Source: Polyangiaceae bacterium UTPRO1
Lineage (GTDB): Bacteria > Desulfobacterota > Binatia > UTPRO1
DNA: 64,000 bases
Assembly: GCA_002050235.1 (NCBI GenBank)
Contig: MWST01000001.1
Span: 4,243-68,242 of the forward strand
Direction: 5' to 3'
Every line of letters begins with the position of its first letter. Within the stretch, counting starts at the first letter, position 1. The position numbers were made by a program, and so were the translations under genes. The notes under the pieces were generated by a model. That model worked only from the letters and a program-made list of their open reading frames with translations, was not told where the DNA came from and searched no databases. Of the stretch, positions 52,565-61,709 are shown one piece after another.

Positions 52565-53746
52565 TCACTCGCGCCGGATGACCGAGAGGTATGGAGGCTG
52601 GGTCAGGGTCGCCAGCGCGATGCGGCCGGCGATCAGGTCGCGCAATTCGTGTCCGACGAGCTCGGCGCGCCACCCGTGCGCGAGCGGATGTTCGTCGCCG
52701 GCGTCGGTCAGCACGAGCTCGACGTAGCGTTCGAGGTCGGTGCGCGTAGCTACCAGCTCCGCGGCGATGTCGGCGGCGTCGCAGCGCGCTCGCAAGAGGA
52801 CGGCCGCTAGCTCCGAGGCGGCGGCGACGCGACCTGCGAGGGCTCGGGGCACGTCGCGAGGCGGCTCGATGGGCTCGGCGGCGAGACCGGCGGCGATGGC
52901 GCCCAGCAGCCGCTCGCGCGCGGCGCGCGAAAGGCCGCCCGCGCCGCGGACGCGGCCTATGGCATCGGCGTCGCGAGGGCTAGTGCGGGCGATCTCGATC
53001 AGCGTCGGATCCTTGAGGATCCAGCCGACGGGGAGATCGGCTGCCTGCGCTTCCGCCTCGCGCCAGGCGGCGACCTCGCGCAGGAGGGCGAGCTGTCGTC
53101 CCGAGAGGCGGCCGCGGCGCGAGAGCTTCAGGTACGCCTGGCGCGGGTCGGTGGCGCGTACGCTGGAGTCGTAGCGGCGCGCCAGCTCGGCAGCCACCCA
53201 GGCGCTGCGGCCGCGCGCGGCGACCTCGTGCGCCAGCTTCGCGACGATTGCGTGCAGGTGGCGGACGTCGTCGGCCGCGTAGGCGATCTGCGTCGGCGAC
53301 AGGGGGCGCTTCACCCAGTTGCTGAAGGTCTCGTCGTGCGCGAGGCGAATGCCGAGCACGCGCTCGGTGAGACGGTCGTAGGCGAGCGAGGTGCCGAGGC
53401 CGACGAAGCCCGCGACCAGCTGGACGTCGAAGATGCGCGTCGGTCGGACGCCGAAGCGGCGCGCGAAGAGGATGAGGTCGGCAGCCGGGGCGTGCATCAG
53501 GATCTCGACCTCGGGATCGGCGACCAGGTCGGCGATCGGGGCGACGTCGACTCCGGCGATCGGGTCGATGATGGCCACGCGGTGGGCGGTCGCTACTTGT
53601 ACGAGGCACGGGACGGGAGCATAGGTGCGCTCCCACAGGAACTCGGTGTCGAGCCCGATGCGCCCGGCGACCCGGGCTTCGTCCGCGAGGCGCGCCACGT
53701 CGGCGGCGGTAGTCAGGTGCTCGATCGGAATGACTGGCTCGGACAT
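52565..53746 (-). CDS. rnd: Ribonuclease D
   Basis: 3'-5' exonuclease DEDDy motifs (IGLDTEFLWERTY, YAADDVRHLH) and an HRDC-like region. 393 aa. Confidence 0.9.
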   Translation of the reverse strand: MSEPVIPIEHLTTAADVARLADEARVAGRIGLDTEFLWERTYAPVPCLVQVATAHRVAIIDPIAGVDVAPIADLVADPEVEILMHAPAADLILFARRFGVRPTRIFDVQLVAGFVGLGTSLAYDRLTERVLGIRLAHDETFSNWVKRPLSPTQIAYAADDVRHLHAIVAKLAHEVAARGRSAWVAAELARRYDSSVRATDPRQAYLKLSRRGRLSGRQLALLREVAAWREAEAQAADLPVGWILKDPTLIEIARTSPRDADAIGRVRGAGGLSRAARERLLGAIAAGLAAEPIEPPRDVPRALAGRVAAASELAAVLLRARCDAADIAAELVATRTDLERYVELVLTDAGDEHPLAHGWRAELVGHELRDLIAGRIALATLTQPPYLSVIRRE

Positions 53747-53822
53747 GGGGAGCTTGTAGCAGAATCGGTCGTGAGGGGCGCTCCCTGCGGCGCCGCGCCT
53801 CGCGGCCTGCTAGAAGGAGCGC

Positions 53823-55250
53823 ATGACCATAGCGAGCATCGATCCTGCGACCGGCCGCCTGCTGCGGACCTTCGCGCCGCTCCCTGAGGCCGAGGTCGCG
53901 GCGCGGTTGGAGCTGGCGGCGACGGCGTACGCTCGCCATCGCCGTACGAGCTTCGCCGAGCGCGCCGCGCGCCTGTACCGGGTTGCGGACTTCCTCGATG
54001 CCGAGCGCGAGCGTTTGGCTCGGATCGCGGTGCGGGAAATGGGGAAGCCGATCGGCGCCGCCCGCGCCGAGGTCGAGAAGTGCGCCGGCGGCTGCCGCTG
54101 GTACGCGGAGCACGCGGCCGCTCTGCTGGCCGACGAGCCGATCGTCGGCGCCCGCCTCCCGAGCACGATCGTCTACCTGCCGCTCGGACCGGTGCTCGCC
54201 GTGATGCCGTGGAATTTCCCCTTCTGGCAGGTCGTGCGCTTTGCGGCTCCGGCGCTCATGGCGGGTAACGTCGCCCTCCTGAAGCACGCGTCGAACGTGC
54301 CGCAGTGCGCGCTGGCGTTGGAAGACCTGTTTCTGCGGGCGGGCTTCGAGGCCGGCGTTTTCCAGGTGCTGCTGATCGGCGGCGCTGCGGCCGCCGCGGT
54401 GGTGGCAGATCCTCGGGTCGCGGCCGTGACGCTCACCGGCAGCGAGGGTGCGGGCGCCGCTATTGCGGCCGCCGCCGGCCGGCACCTGAAGAAGTGCGTG
54501 CTCGAGCTCGGCGGCAGTGATCCGTTCATCGTCATGCCGAGCGCCGACGTGGCGGCCGCAGCGGCGACGGGCGTCACGGCGCGGGCGCTCAACAACGGGC
54601 AATCGTGCATCAATGCGAAGCGCTTCCTCGTCCACGACGCGGTCTACGATCGGTTCGTGACCCTGCTCGTCGACGGCCTATCGCGGCTTCGCGTCGGCGA
54701 CCCTGCCGCAGAGGATACCGAGCTCGGACCGCTGGCGACCGAGGCCGCCCGCAGCGAGTTGGAGCGTCAGGTCGAGGCGTCGGTGGTTGCCGGCGCTCGG
54801 GTACTGCTCGGCGGCCGCTCGCGCCCCGGCGACGGCTGGTTCTACGAGGCGACGGTGCTGGCGGACATTCCGCCGCAGGCGCCGGTGGCGCACGAGGAGG
54901 TCTTCGGACCGGTGGCGCTCGTGTGGCGCGTGCACGACCTCGACGAGGCGATCGCAGTTGCCAACGCCACGCCGTTCGGGCTCGGCTCGAGCGTGTGGAC
55001 CGCTGATCCGGTCGAGCGCGAGCGCTGCATCCGCGAGATCGAAGCCGGCATGACGTTCGTGAACGGCATGGTGGCGTCCGATCCGCGGCTGCCCTTCGGG
55101 GGCGTGAAGCGGTCCGGGTTCGGCCGCGAGCTCGGAGCGCTCGGCATCCGCGAGTTCACCAACGTGAAGACGATCGTCGAGAGCGACAACGACGCGCTCT
55201 GCGCTCCGGGCAGCGAGAGCGGGGACGCGTCGCGCCGGCGCGCTACCTGA
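53823..55250 (+). CDS. NAD(P)-dependent aldehyde dehydrogenase (succinate-semialdehyde dehydrogenase-like)
   Basis: ALDH family motifs: PWNFPFWQV, LELGGSDPFIV (catalytic Glu region), NNGQSCINAKRF (catalytic Cys), EEVFGPV. ~20-aa C-terminal tail. Confidence 0.9.
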   Translation: MTIASIDPATGRLLRTFAPLPEAEVAARLELAATAYARHRRTSFAERAARLYRVADFLDAERERLARIAVREMGKPIGAARAEVEKCAGGCRWYAEHAAALLADEPIVGARLPSTIVYLPLGPVLAVMPWNFPFWQVVRFAAPALMAGNVALLKHASNVPQCALALEDLFLRAGFEAGVFQVLLIGGAAAAAVVADPRVAAVTLTGSEGAGAAIAAAAGRHLKKCVLELGGSDPFIVMPSADVAAAAATGVTARALNNGQSCINAKRFLVHDAVYDRFVTLLVDGLSRLRVGDPAAEDTELGPLATEAARSELERQVEASVVAGARVLLGGRSRPGDGWFYEATVLADIPPQAPVAHEEVFGPVALVWRVHDLDEAIAVANATPFGLGSSVWTADPVERERCIREIEAGMTFVNGMVASDPRLPFGGVKRSGFGRELGALGIREFTNVKTIVESDNDALCAPGSESGDASRRRAT

Positions 55251-55255
55251 GGGGA

Positions 55256-55975
55256 GTGGCCGCGATCTCCTCCAGATCTGGCACTGCGGCTGTAGCCGCG
55301 TTCCGACCGGCCATTCTCATCCCGGCCTACGATTGTGCCGGCACCGTCGGCGCGGTCGTGAGCGGCGCCCGCGCCCACGGGCTCCCGGTTCTCGTCATCG
55401 ACGACGGCTCCCGCGACGATACGGACGCGGTCGCACGCGCCGCCGGCGCGGACGTCGTCCGGCATCCGCGCAATCGCGGCAAAGGGGCGGCGCTGGTGAC
55501 CGGCATGCGCACCCTCGACGAGCGCGGCTTCACGCACGCGCTCACCATGGACGGCGACGGCCAGCACTTGTCGCGCGAGGTCCCAACGCTTCTCGCGGCG
55601 GGGTCGAGCGAGCCGGCGGCGATAGTGATCGGGGTCAGACGGCGCGGCGGCCAGGAAGTGGCGGGCATCAATCTCTTCGGCAATCGCTTCGCGAATCTGT
55701 GCGTCCGCAGCGCCGCCGGAGTGCCGCTGCCCGATACCCAGTCGGGGTTCCGGGTGTATCCGCTCGCGACGATGCTGCGTTTGCCAAAGCAAGGCGAACA
55801 TTTCGAGTACGAGTCGACGTCGATCATCTACGCGGCGAGGGCGCGCGTACCGATCCGCTCGATCACGGTCGACGTCTACTACCCGCCGATCGCCGAACGT
55901 CGCAGCCACTACCGCAAGGTCGTGGATACACTCCGCATCATCCGCGCGGTCGCACCTCTATTGGTGCGACGATGA
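55256..55975 (+). CDS. Family 2 glycosyltransferase
   Basis: ILIPAYDCAGTVGAVV, VLVIDDGSRDDT, RNRGKGAAL and TMDGDGQH (DxD-type) motifs. 239 aa. Confidence 0.8.
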   Translation: MAAISSRSGTAAVAAFRPAILIPAYDCAGTVGAVVSGARAHGLPVLVIDDGSRDDTDAVARAAGADVVRHPRNRGKGAALVTGMRTLDERGFTHALTMDGDGQHLSREVPTLLAAGSSEPAAIVIGVRRRGGQEVAGINLFGNRFANLCVRSAAGVPLPDTQSGFRVYPLATMLRLPKQGEHFEYESTSIIYAARARVPIRSITVDVYYPPIAERRSHYRKVVDTLRIIRAVAPLLVRR

Positions 55976-56051
55976 GGCAGCGAATAGCTACTTTTGCGGC
56001 GGCCGCCGCAAGCGGGGCGCCCGCAATCCGGCGTCCACACGGGCGGCCGCC

Positions 56052-56345
56052 GTGGCATTCGTCTTGCTCCCCGCCCGAGCCGGAGGGCATGCACTCGTGG
56101 ACAAACTCGCACCCGTCATTCGCGACTTGAGAAGTCGCCTCGGTCTTACGCAGGAAGAATTCGCACACGCGCTCGGGATCACGGTGAGCACCGTGAATCG
56201 CTGGGAGAAGGGACACTCGATCCCGAGCAAGCTCGCCCGCGCATCGCTGGCGCGATTCGCGGGACGGCGCGGCGTCGCCGTCGAGAGCCTCCTCGAAGAG
56301 CAGGCGGTCCCAGGCATCCCACCCCGGCCGAGCGCGGTCAACTGA
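56052..56345 (+). CDS. XRE-family helix-turn-helix protein
   Basis: IRDLRSRLGLTQEEFAHALGITVSTVNRWEKGHSIPS is a canonical Cro/C1-type HTH. The start is uncertain (an internal GTG near 56096 is possible). Confidence 0.7.
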   Translation: MAFVLLPARAGGHALVDKLAPVIRDLRSRLGLTQEEFAHALGITVSTVNRWEKGHSIPSKLARASLARFAGRRGVAVESLLEEQAVPGIPPRPSAVN

Positions 56346-56446
56346 GCATCGTCATCCGTGGCGGGTGTTCCCCTGGCGGTATGCGGATACGGTCGTCACG
56401 CGGCGATGGCACTCCAACGCTAGCGATGCCTGCGCAGTAGGCGGCG

Positions 56447-56704
56447 TCACGCCGCGACGGCGCTCCAGCGCTCTTTGAGCAGGCTGCGGGCGATGCTCAG
56501 ACGCTGGATCTCCGAGGTGCCTTCGACGATGGTGAGCACCCGGCTCTGGCGGTAGATGCGCTCGATCCCGCTCTCCCGCAGGCAGCCGGCGCCGCCGTGA
56601 ACCTGAATGGCCTCATAGGCGGCGCGGTTGACCATCTCGCTACAGCCGGCTTCGACCGGCAAGTCGGCGGCGTACAGTCCGAGCGCTCTTGCGCGCAGGC
56701 GCAC
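56447..56704 (-). pseudogene. Acyl-CoA dehydrogenase C-terminal remnant (last ~85 residues only)
   Basis: ...AAYEAIQVHGGAGCLRESGIERIYRQSRVLTIVEGTSEIQRLSIARSLL matches the extreme C-terminal helices of ACADs. The N-terminal and middle domains are absent, and the upstream DNA is occupied by an unrelated plus-strand gene. Confidence 0.55.
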
Positions 56705-56854
56705 GTGGCGGCGGAGATCGTCGGGTGGCGCGCGGTCAGGATCCAGTTATTCCCGCTGCTGCAAGAATAGCGGCGAGCGTCAAGCGGTTTTTCGGTTGCT
56801 TGGGCTATGCGCTCTGGCATGGTGCAGCGGATACCTCGAAGGAGTTCCCGCGCT

Positions 56855-57502
56855 ATGAAGTGTTCCCCCCGAGTTCTCGTCATATCCGTGGCAACGCTCG
56901 GCGCCGTACTGCTCGGTGCCGCTTCCGCCGGGGCACAGCAGGTCACGGTCAACCGGTGTGCGGCGGCCAAGATGCGGTGCGTGATCGGCTATACCCACGT
57001 CTGCGGCGTGCAGGGCGTGCTCGGCCTGTTCAAGTGTCATCAGAACGCGACCCAGCGCGGCCGCTTCGCCGACCAGGTGTGCGTGAACCGGACCGTCGAC
57101 AAGATCACCGAGTGCTTCGCCGACGCGGAGCGGCGCGGCGTCTGCCGCACGGTGGACGACGTCACCGCGATCCAGGCGCAGATCGAAGCGTTCGTTATCG
57201 AAACGGTGCAGGACATCACCCCGGGCTTCCCGTACCCGCTCCTCAATAGCTGCGCGGCGAACAAGCAGAAGGCGCTCGCCGAGCTGACGGCCGAAAAGCT
57301 CGGATGCTTCGAGGACGCGATGCGGCGCGAGCCCGGCATGGTCGTCGCCTCCTGCCTGGCGCGACCGGCGGCGCAGTACGCCTACCTCTGGGATCGCATC
57401 GAGGGCAACGGTGGCTGCCTCACCCTCGGCGACGGTGCAGCCGTAGCGGACAAGGCTGACTCGTTCGTCGCCGCGGTCGTGACCGCACTCGATCCGCAAT
57501 AG
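56855..57502 (+). CDS. Secreted Cys-rich hypothetical protein
   Basis: ATG at 56855 lies 10 nt after GAAGGAG. Signal peptide MKCSPRVLVISVATLGAVLLGAASAGA. 11 Cys in the mature part. No recognised family. Confidence 0.55.
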   Translation: MKCSPRVLVISVATLGAVLLGAASAGAQQVTVNRCAAAKMRCVIGYTHVCGVQGVLGLFKCHQNATQRGRFADQVCVNRTVDKITECFADAERRGVCRTVDDVTAIQAQIEAFVIETVQDITPGFPYPLLNSCAANKQKALAELTAEKLGCFEDAMRREPGMVVASCLARPAAQYAYLWDRIEGNGGCLTLGDGAAVADKADSFVAAVVTALDPQ

Positions 57503-57696
57503 CTCCGGACAGGCGCGAACCGCCCGTAGAGAGCGACGTCACCGGTGCCGTACCCGGCTGCGGCGCCGTCCCGCTCGCGTGCGCAACCGCCGATGATGGC
57601 GTCGATTTTGCTGGACCTGACGCCCGAGCCCGAGTAATCTCGCCGCCGCCATCAGCGCTGCCGTAGCGCCGATGAGACCCGCCCCGAGGACCATTC

Positions 57697-59898
57697 ATGC
57701 TCGATCGTCACTTGAAGATCTGGTGCGCTGCCGTGTTCGCGATTTGCAGCGCCACTCCCGCGGTCGCCATGGACGTACAGTCCGGGATCGGCTTCGTCGC
57801 CGTTACCGGGCAAGCCGAAGGCACCGAGCTCGTGCTGGAGAACGCGCAACACCAGGACGTCGCGAGCGGGTTCGTCGACCGCTTCGGGAGCCTCATCTTC
57901 CGCGAGCTGGCGCAGGGTGCCGCGTACGCCGTGCGCGAACCCGGAGGGGCAACGACGCCGGTGACGACGTTGCGCTTCGCAGACCACCCGCCGCAGTCGT
58001 TCTATCAGGCGCAGACGCTCGTCGAGGGGCTCAACTACGTGCAGATGCGCGACGGGACCCTGCTAGCGGCCATGGTGCGCGCGCCTCTCGGCAGCTCGTT
58101 CGCACCCGGGAGGCGATTTCCTACGGTCGTCGAGTACTCCGGCTACGCCGTAGCCGATCCCGACAATCCGCAGCCCTCGACCCTACTCGCCCAGGCTCTC
58201 GGTTACGCGACCGTCGCCGTCAACATGCGCGGCTCGGGATGTTCGGGCGGAGTCATCGACCTCTTCGATCTCCCGACCACTGCCGACGGCTACGACATCG
58301 TCGAGATCGCCGGCAATCAGCCGTGGGTGCTCGGCGGCGGCGTCGGGATGGTCGGCATCTCGTTTCCGGGTATCAGCCAGATGTTCGTGGCCGGCGCACA
58401 ACCGCCGCATCTCGCGGCCGTAGCGCCGTTCTCGATCATCGGCGACATCTACCGCGCCCCGGGCTTTCCCGGCGGTATCTTCAACAACGGGTTCGCCGAG
58501 ACCTGGCTCCGGGAGCGCGCCGACGATGCGCGGCCGGCGCCGGAAGGCGGCCAGTCGTGGGCCATCGCGCGGGTGAATGCCGGCGACGCCACCTGCCTCG
58601 ACAATCAGAAGCTCCGCCTGCAGACGCAGGATCCGGTCGCGTTCACCCGTGACCATCCGTACTACGTCCCATCCCTGATGGACGCGCGCTCGGCGAGCAC
58701 GTGGGCGCCGCAGATCCAGGTGCCGGTCTTCATCGCCGGCGCTTGGCAGGACGAGCAGACTGGCAGCGGCTTCGCGACCTTGTTGAAGAGTCTGCCGAAG
58801 CGCCGCGACGTCCGCATCATGGTCGGCAACGGCGTGCACTCGAGCCCCCTCGAGCCCGAGGGCTTGTGGAACTGGATCGCGTTTCTCGATCTCTATGTAG
58901 GAAAGAAGCAGCCGAAGATCGATCGACTGGCTCCGTTCGCGAGCGCGGTCTACGAGCTGATCCTCGGACCCGGGGCACCGACGCCGCCGCTGCCGCCGAA
59001 TCGCTTCGCCGCCGCCAACGGCTATGCCGACGCCAAGCGGATGTTCGAGTCGGAGCCGCGGGTGCGCGTGCTGATGGAGAACGGCGCCGGCTCTCCGACG
59101 CCGGGTCTGCCGGCGCCGCGCTTCGAGCTCGGCTTCGCGAAGTGGCCGCCGCCCGGCGCCCGTCCGACCGCGTGGTATTTCGGTCCCGGGGGAGTGCTCT
59201 CCAAGCAGCGAGCGGTCGTCGACGGCTTCGATAGCTACAACCCGGATCCGGATGCTCGGCCGATGCAGACGATTGCGGGACAGGGCCAGTACGAGTCGTG
59301 GGAGATCATGCCGGCCTACGACTGGGAACCGCTCGTCCCCGGGACGGCGGTCGCGTACGCGACCGCGCCGCTCGAGCGCGACGTCACCATCGTCGGCGAA
59401 GGCGCCGTCGACCTGTTCCTCCGTTCGAGCGCCTCCGACACCGACATCCAGGTGACCTTGAGCGAGGTCCGCTCCGACGGTCTCGAAGCCTACGTGCAAA
59501 GCGGGTGGCTGCGGGCGAGCCAGCGTAAGCTGGCGCGCAAGGGCAACACCCGCACCGAGGTCCGGCAAACGCACCTCGAAGCCGACGTCGAGCCGCTGCC
59601 TCCGGGGCAGTTCGTGCCGATGCGGGTGGGGATCTTCGCGGTCGCCCATACCTTCCGCGCCGGGTCGCGCATCCGCCTGAGCCTCGAGGCGCCGGGCGGC
59701 GATCGGACGCGTTGGGCGTTCGATACGTTCGACACCAACGGCATGGTCACGAACGACGTCAGCTATGCGCGCGGGTTCGCATCGCGCGTCGTGCTGCCGG
59801 TCGTCCGCCGCGCGCAGGCGCCCGCGGGTCTTCCTCCCTGTCCGGGGCTGCGCGGCCAGCCCTGTCGCCTCTACGAGTCGGCGGGCAACGGCGGCTGA
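57697..59898 (+). CDS. CocE/NonD-family hydrolase (S15 X-Pro dipeptidyl-peptidase-like)
   Basis: Signal peptide, then YVQMRDGTLLAAMVRAP, PTVVEYSGY, VNMRGSGCSGG and the nucleophile elbow GISFPGISQ. A large C-terminal beta-sandwich-type region. 733 aa. Confidence 0.85.
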   Translation: MLDRHLKIWCAAVFAICSATPAVAMDVQSGIGFVAVTGQAEGTELVLENAQHQDVASGFVDRFGSLIFRELAQGAAYAVREPGGATTPVTTLRFADHPPQSFYQAQTLVEGLNYVQMRDGTLLAAMVRAPLGSSFAPGRRFPTVVEYSGYAVADPDNPQPSTLLAQALGYATVAVNMRGSGCSGGVIDLFDLPTTADGYDIVEIAGNQPWVLGGGVGMVGISFPGISQMFVAGAQPPHLAAVAPFSIIGDIYRAPGFPGGIFNNGFAETWLRERADDARPAPEGGQSWAIARVNAGDATCLDNQKLRLQTQDPVAFTRDHPYYVPSLMDARSASTWAPQIQVPVFIAGAWQDEQTGSGFATLLKSLPKRRDVRIMVGNGVHSSPLEPEGLWNWIAFLDLYVGKKQPKIDRLAPFASAVYELILGPGAPTPPLPPNRFAAANGYADAKRMFESEPRVRVLMENGAGSPTPGLPAPRFELGFAKWPPPGARPTAWYFGPGGVLSKQRAVVDGFDSYNPDPDARPMQTIAGQGQYESWEIMPAYDWEPLVPGTAVAYATAPLERDVTIVGEGAVDLFLRSSASDTDIQVTLSEVRSDGLEAYVQSGWLRASQRKLARKGNTRTEVRQTHLEADVEPLPPGQFVPMRVGIFAVAHTFRAGSRIRLSLEAPGGDRTRWAFDTFDTNGMVTNDVSYARGFASRVVLPVVRRAQAPAGLPPCPGLRGQPCRLYESAGNGG

Positions 59899-60776
59899 TC
59901 TCCGGCGGCTCGGATCCGGGCGAGTGCCTGTCGCACCCGCTCGACCGGGGACGCGAGATCGTACGCTGCTACCAGCGCGGCCAGCGCCTCGGGGTCGGCA
60001 GGAGCGGCCGGGAGCACGAGCGGCATCGCTGCGAGCGGCACGTCCGTGACCGGCGGGACGACGCGCGCCGCGACGGCGAGATATTCGCGGCCGGCGTCGA
60101 GCTTCCGTGCCACCGCGGGCGACAGGTCGCCCGCCGCGAGGATCGCCGCCAGCGAGCCGTAGCGCGCGAGCAGCCGTGCGGCTGTCTTTGCACCGATGCC
60201 GCGCACGCCCGGAAGACCGTCCGACGGATCGCCGCGCAGGAGCGCGAAATCGCCGTACGCGCGTCCGGGGATGCCGTAGCGGCGGGCAACCTCCGCCTCG
60301 TCGACGACCGCGAGCTTGGAGACGCCGGTGCGGGGATACAGGACGAAGCGATCCGGGTCGCGGACGAGGGCGAAGAGGTCGCGATCCCCCGAGACGATGG
60401 CGACCGCTCCGCGGCAGTGCTCGGCTAGGGTGGCGATGACGTCGTCGGCTTCGAATCCTGCGGCGCCGATGACGGCGAAGCCGAGCCCGCGCAGAACCGC
60501 GCGGCCGGCGGCTTCCTGGGGTGCCACGGGATCCTCGACAGCGTCCTCGGTCGCATCCCGATGCGCCTTGTACGAAGGTAGCGCTGCGACCCGGAAAGCC
60601 GGACGCCAGTCGTCGTCGACCGCGATCGCCAGGGCCCGAGGCCGGTGGTCGAGCAGCAGGCGCGCCAGCATGTTCAGGAAGCCGTAGACGGCGTGCATGG
60701 CGAGCGTCTCGGGCATGGAGTGGAAGGCCCGATGGAGGAGGCTCGAGTAGTCGATCAGCAGCGTCGGCGCGGCCAC
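59871..60776 (-). CDS. Stand-alone 5'-3' exonuclease (FEN/Pol I N-terminal domain-like)
   Basis: LLIDYSSLLHRAFH, AIAVDDDWRPAFR, FEADDVIATLA, IVSGDRDLFALV, and an H3TH region GIPGVRGIGAKTAARLL. Confidence 0.85.
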   Translation of the reverse strand: MAAPTLLIDYSSLLHRAFHSMPETLAMHAVYGFLNMLARLLLDHRPRALAIAVDDDWRPAFRVAALPSYKAHRDATEDAVEDPVAPQEAAGRAVLRGLGFAVIGAAGFEADDVIATLAEHCRGAVAIVSGDRDLFALVRDPDRFVLYPRTGVSKLAVVDEAEVARRYGIPGRAYGDFALLRGDPSDGLPGVRGIGAKTAARLLARYGSLAAILAAGDLSPAVARKLDAGREYLAVAARVVPPVTDVPLAAMPLVLPAAPADPEALAALVAAYDLASPVERVRQALARIRAAGDQPPLPADS

Positions 60777-60828
60777 GTCGTCAGCGTCATAGGCCAGTCC
60801 GTCGGCGCCGGCGAGAGTCGGGGCCGGT

Positions 60829-61707
60829 TTACTGCAGTACGCTCGCGACCCCGACCGTCGCCTTCGTGCCGTCGGCCTTCTCGCACCAGACGTCGACGTG
60901 GACGCGGCGCTTCGCGCCCTCGGGAATCTCTTCGCGCACTTTGCCGCGGACGGTCACCGTGTCGTCGGCCCAGATGACGTTGACGAGGCGGACGTCGAGC
61001 GTGCCGCCCATCTGCCACGGTAGTCCGAAGGCTGCGGTCATCAGCTCGGAGACGAGGCAGATCGACCACATGCCCTGGACGACGACGTCCGGGAAGCCGA
61101 GCATCCGCGCCGCCTCGCGATCGGTGTGGTAGTTCTTCTCGGGCCCTGAGAACGCGGCGCACATGGCGAGCGTGATACTGCGGGTAAGCGGCGCGAGTGC
61201 GGCGCCGCAGCCGTCGCCGACCGGGAACTGGCGCTCGGGGCGCTTCTCGCGCTCGCGGTCGACGACGAGCCCGCGGCGTTCGTCGTCGATGAGGAAGCTC
61301 TGGTGGGTGCGGCTGCGCTGCAGCCAGCGGCCCTCGTCGTCGGTCAAGAGGACTTCGTTGACGACGTATTCACGGTTGCGCTTCGTATAGCGCTCGACGA
61401 CCGTGGAGCGCGTGCGCACCGCGGCGCCGCAGCGCAGGGGGGCGAAGAGCTGCCATTCCTGGCGCGCGTGCAGGTTGCCGAAGATGTTCGGCAGGTACCA
61501 GGCGAGACTGCGGTACACCTCGGAATGGAAGAGGAGGGCCGGAGCCGCGACCGCTCCCGAGGCGAGGACGAGGCGCGGCGTCGGAGCGCCGATGCCGGCC
61601 TCGTAGCCGGCGACGTCGGCGTCGGTGATCACCGTGGCGCGTCCGCCGAGGTCGCGGCCGACGTAGACTTCGTGGCGCGGGAAGAATCCGCTGATCGCTT
61701 CGTCCAT
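60829..61707 (-). CDS. MaoC-like (double hot-dog) dehydratase family protein
   Basis: 292 aa from the ATG at 61707 (MDEAISGFFPRHEVYVGRDLGG...). The C-terminal part NYHTDREAARMLGFPDVVVQGMW is the MaoC dehydratase signature. The track's 795-aa ORF is this gene fused to an upstream shadow of cstA. Confidence 0.8.
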   Translation of the reverse strand: MDEAISGFFPRHEVYVGRDLGGRATVITDADVAGYEAGIGAPTPRLVLASGAVAAPALLFHSEVYRSLAWYLPNIFGNLHARQEWQLFAPLRCGAAVRTRSTVVERYTKRNREYVVNEVLLTDDEGRWLQRSRTHQSFLIDDERRGLVVDREREKRPERQFPVGDGCGAALAPLTRSITLAMCAAFSGPEKNYHTDREAARMLGFPDVVVQGMWSICLVSELMTAAFGLPWQMGGTLDVRLVNVIWADDTVTVRGKVREEIPEGAKRRVHVDVWCEKADGTKATVGVASVLQ

Positions 61708-61709
61708 CG

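Noticed and set aside
46546-52727. 762-aa minus-strand ORF (46546..48834) and 1559-aa plus-strand alternative-frame ORF (48048..52727) across the efflux locus
   Set aside because: Both are Arg/Pro/Gly-rich off-frame or antisense products. The frame starting at 47800 gives an unmistakable AcrB-type sequence followed by an OMF.
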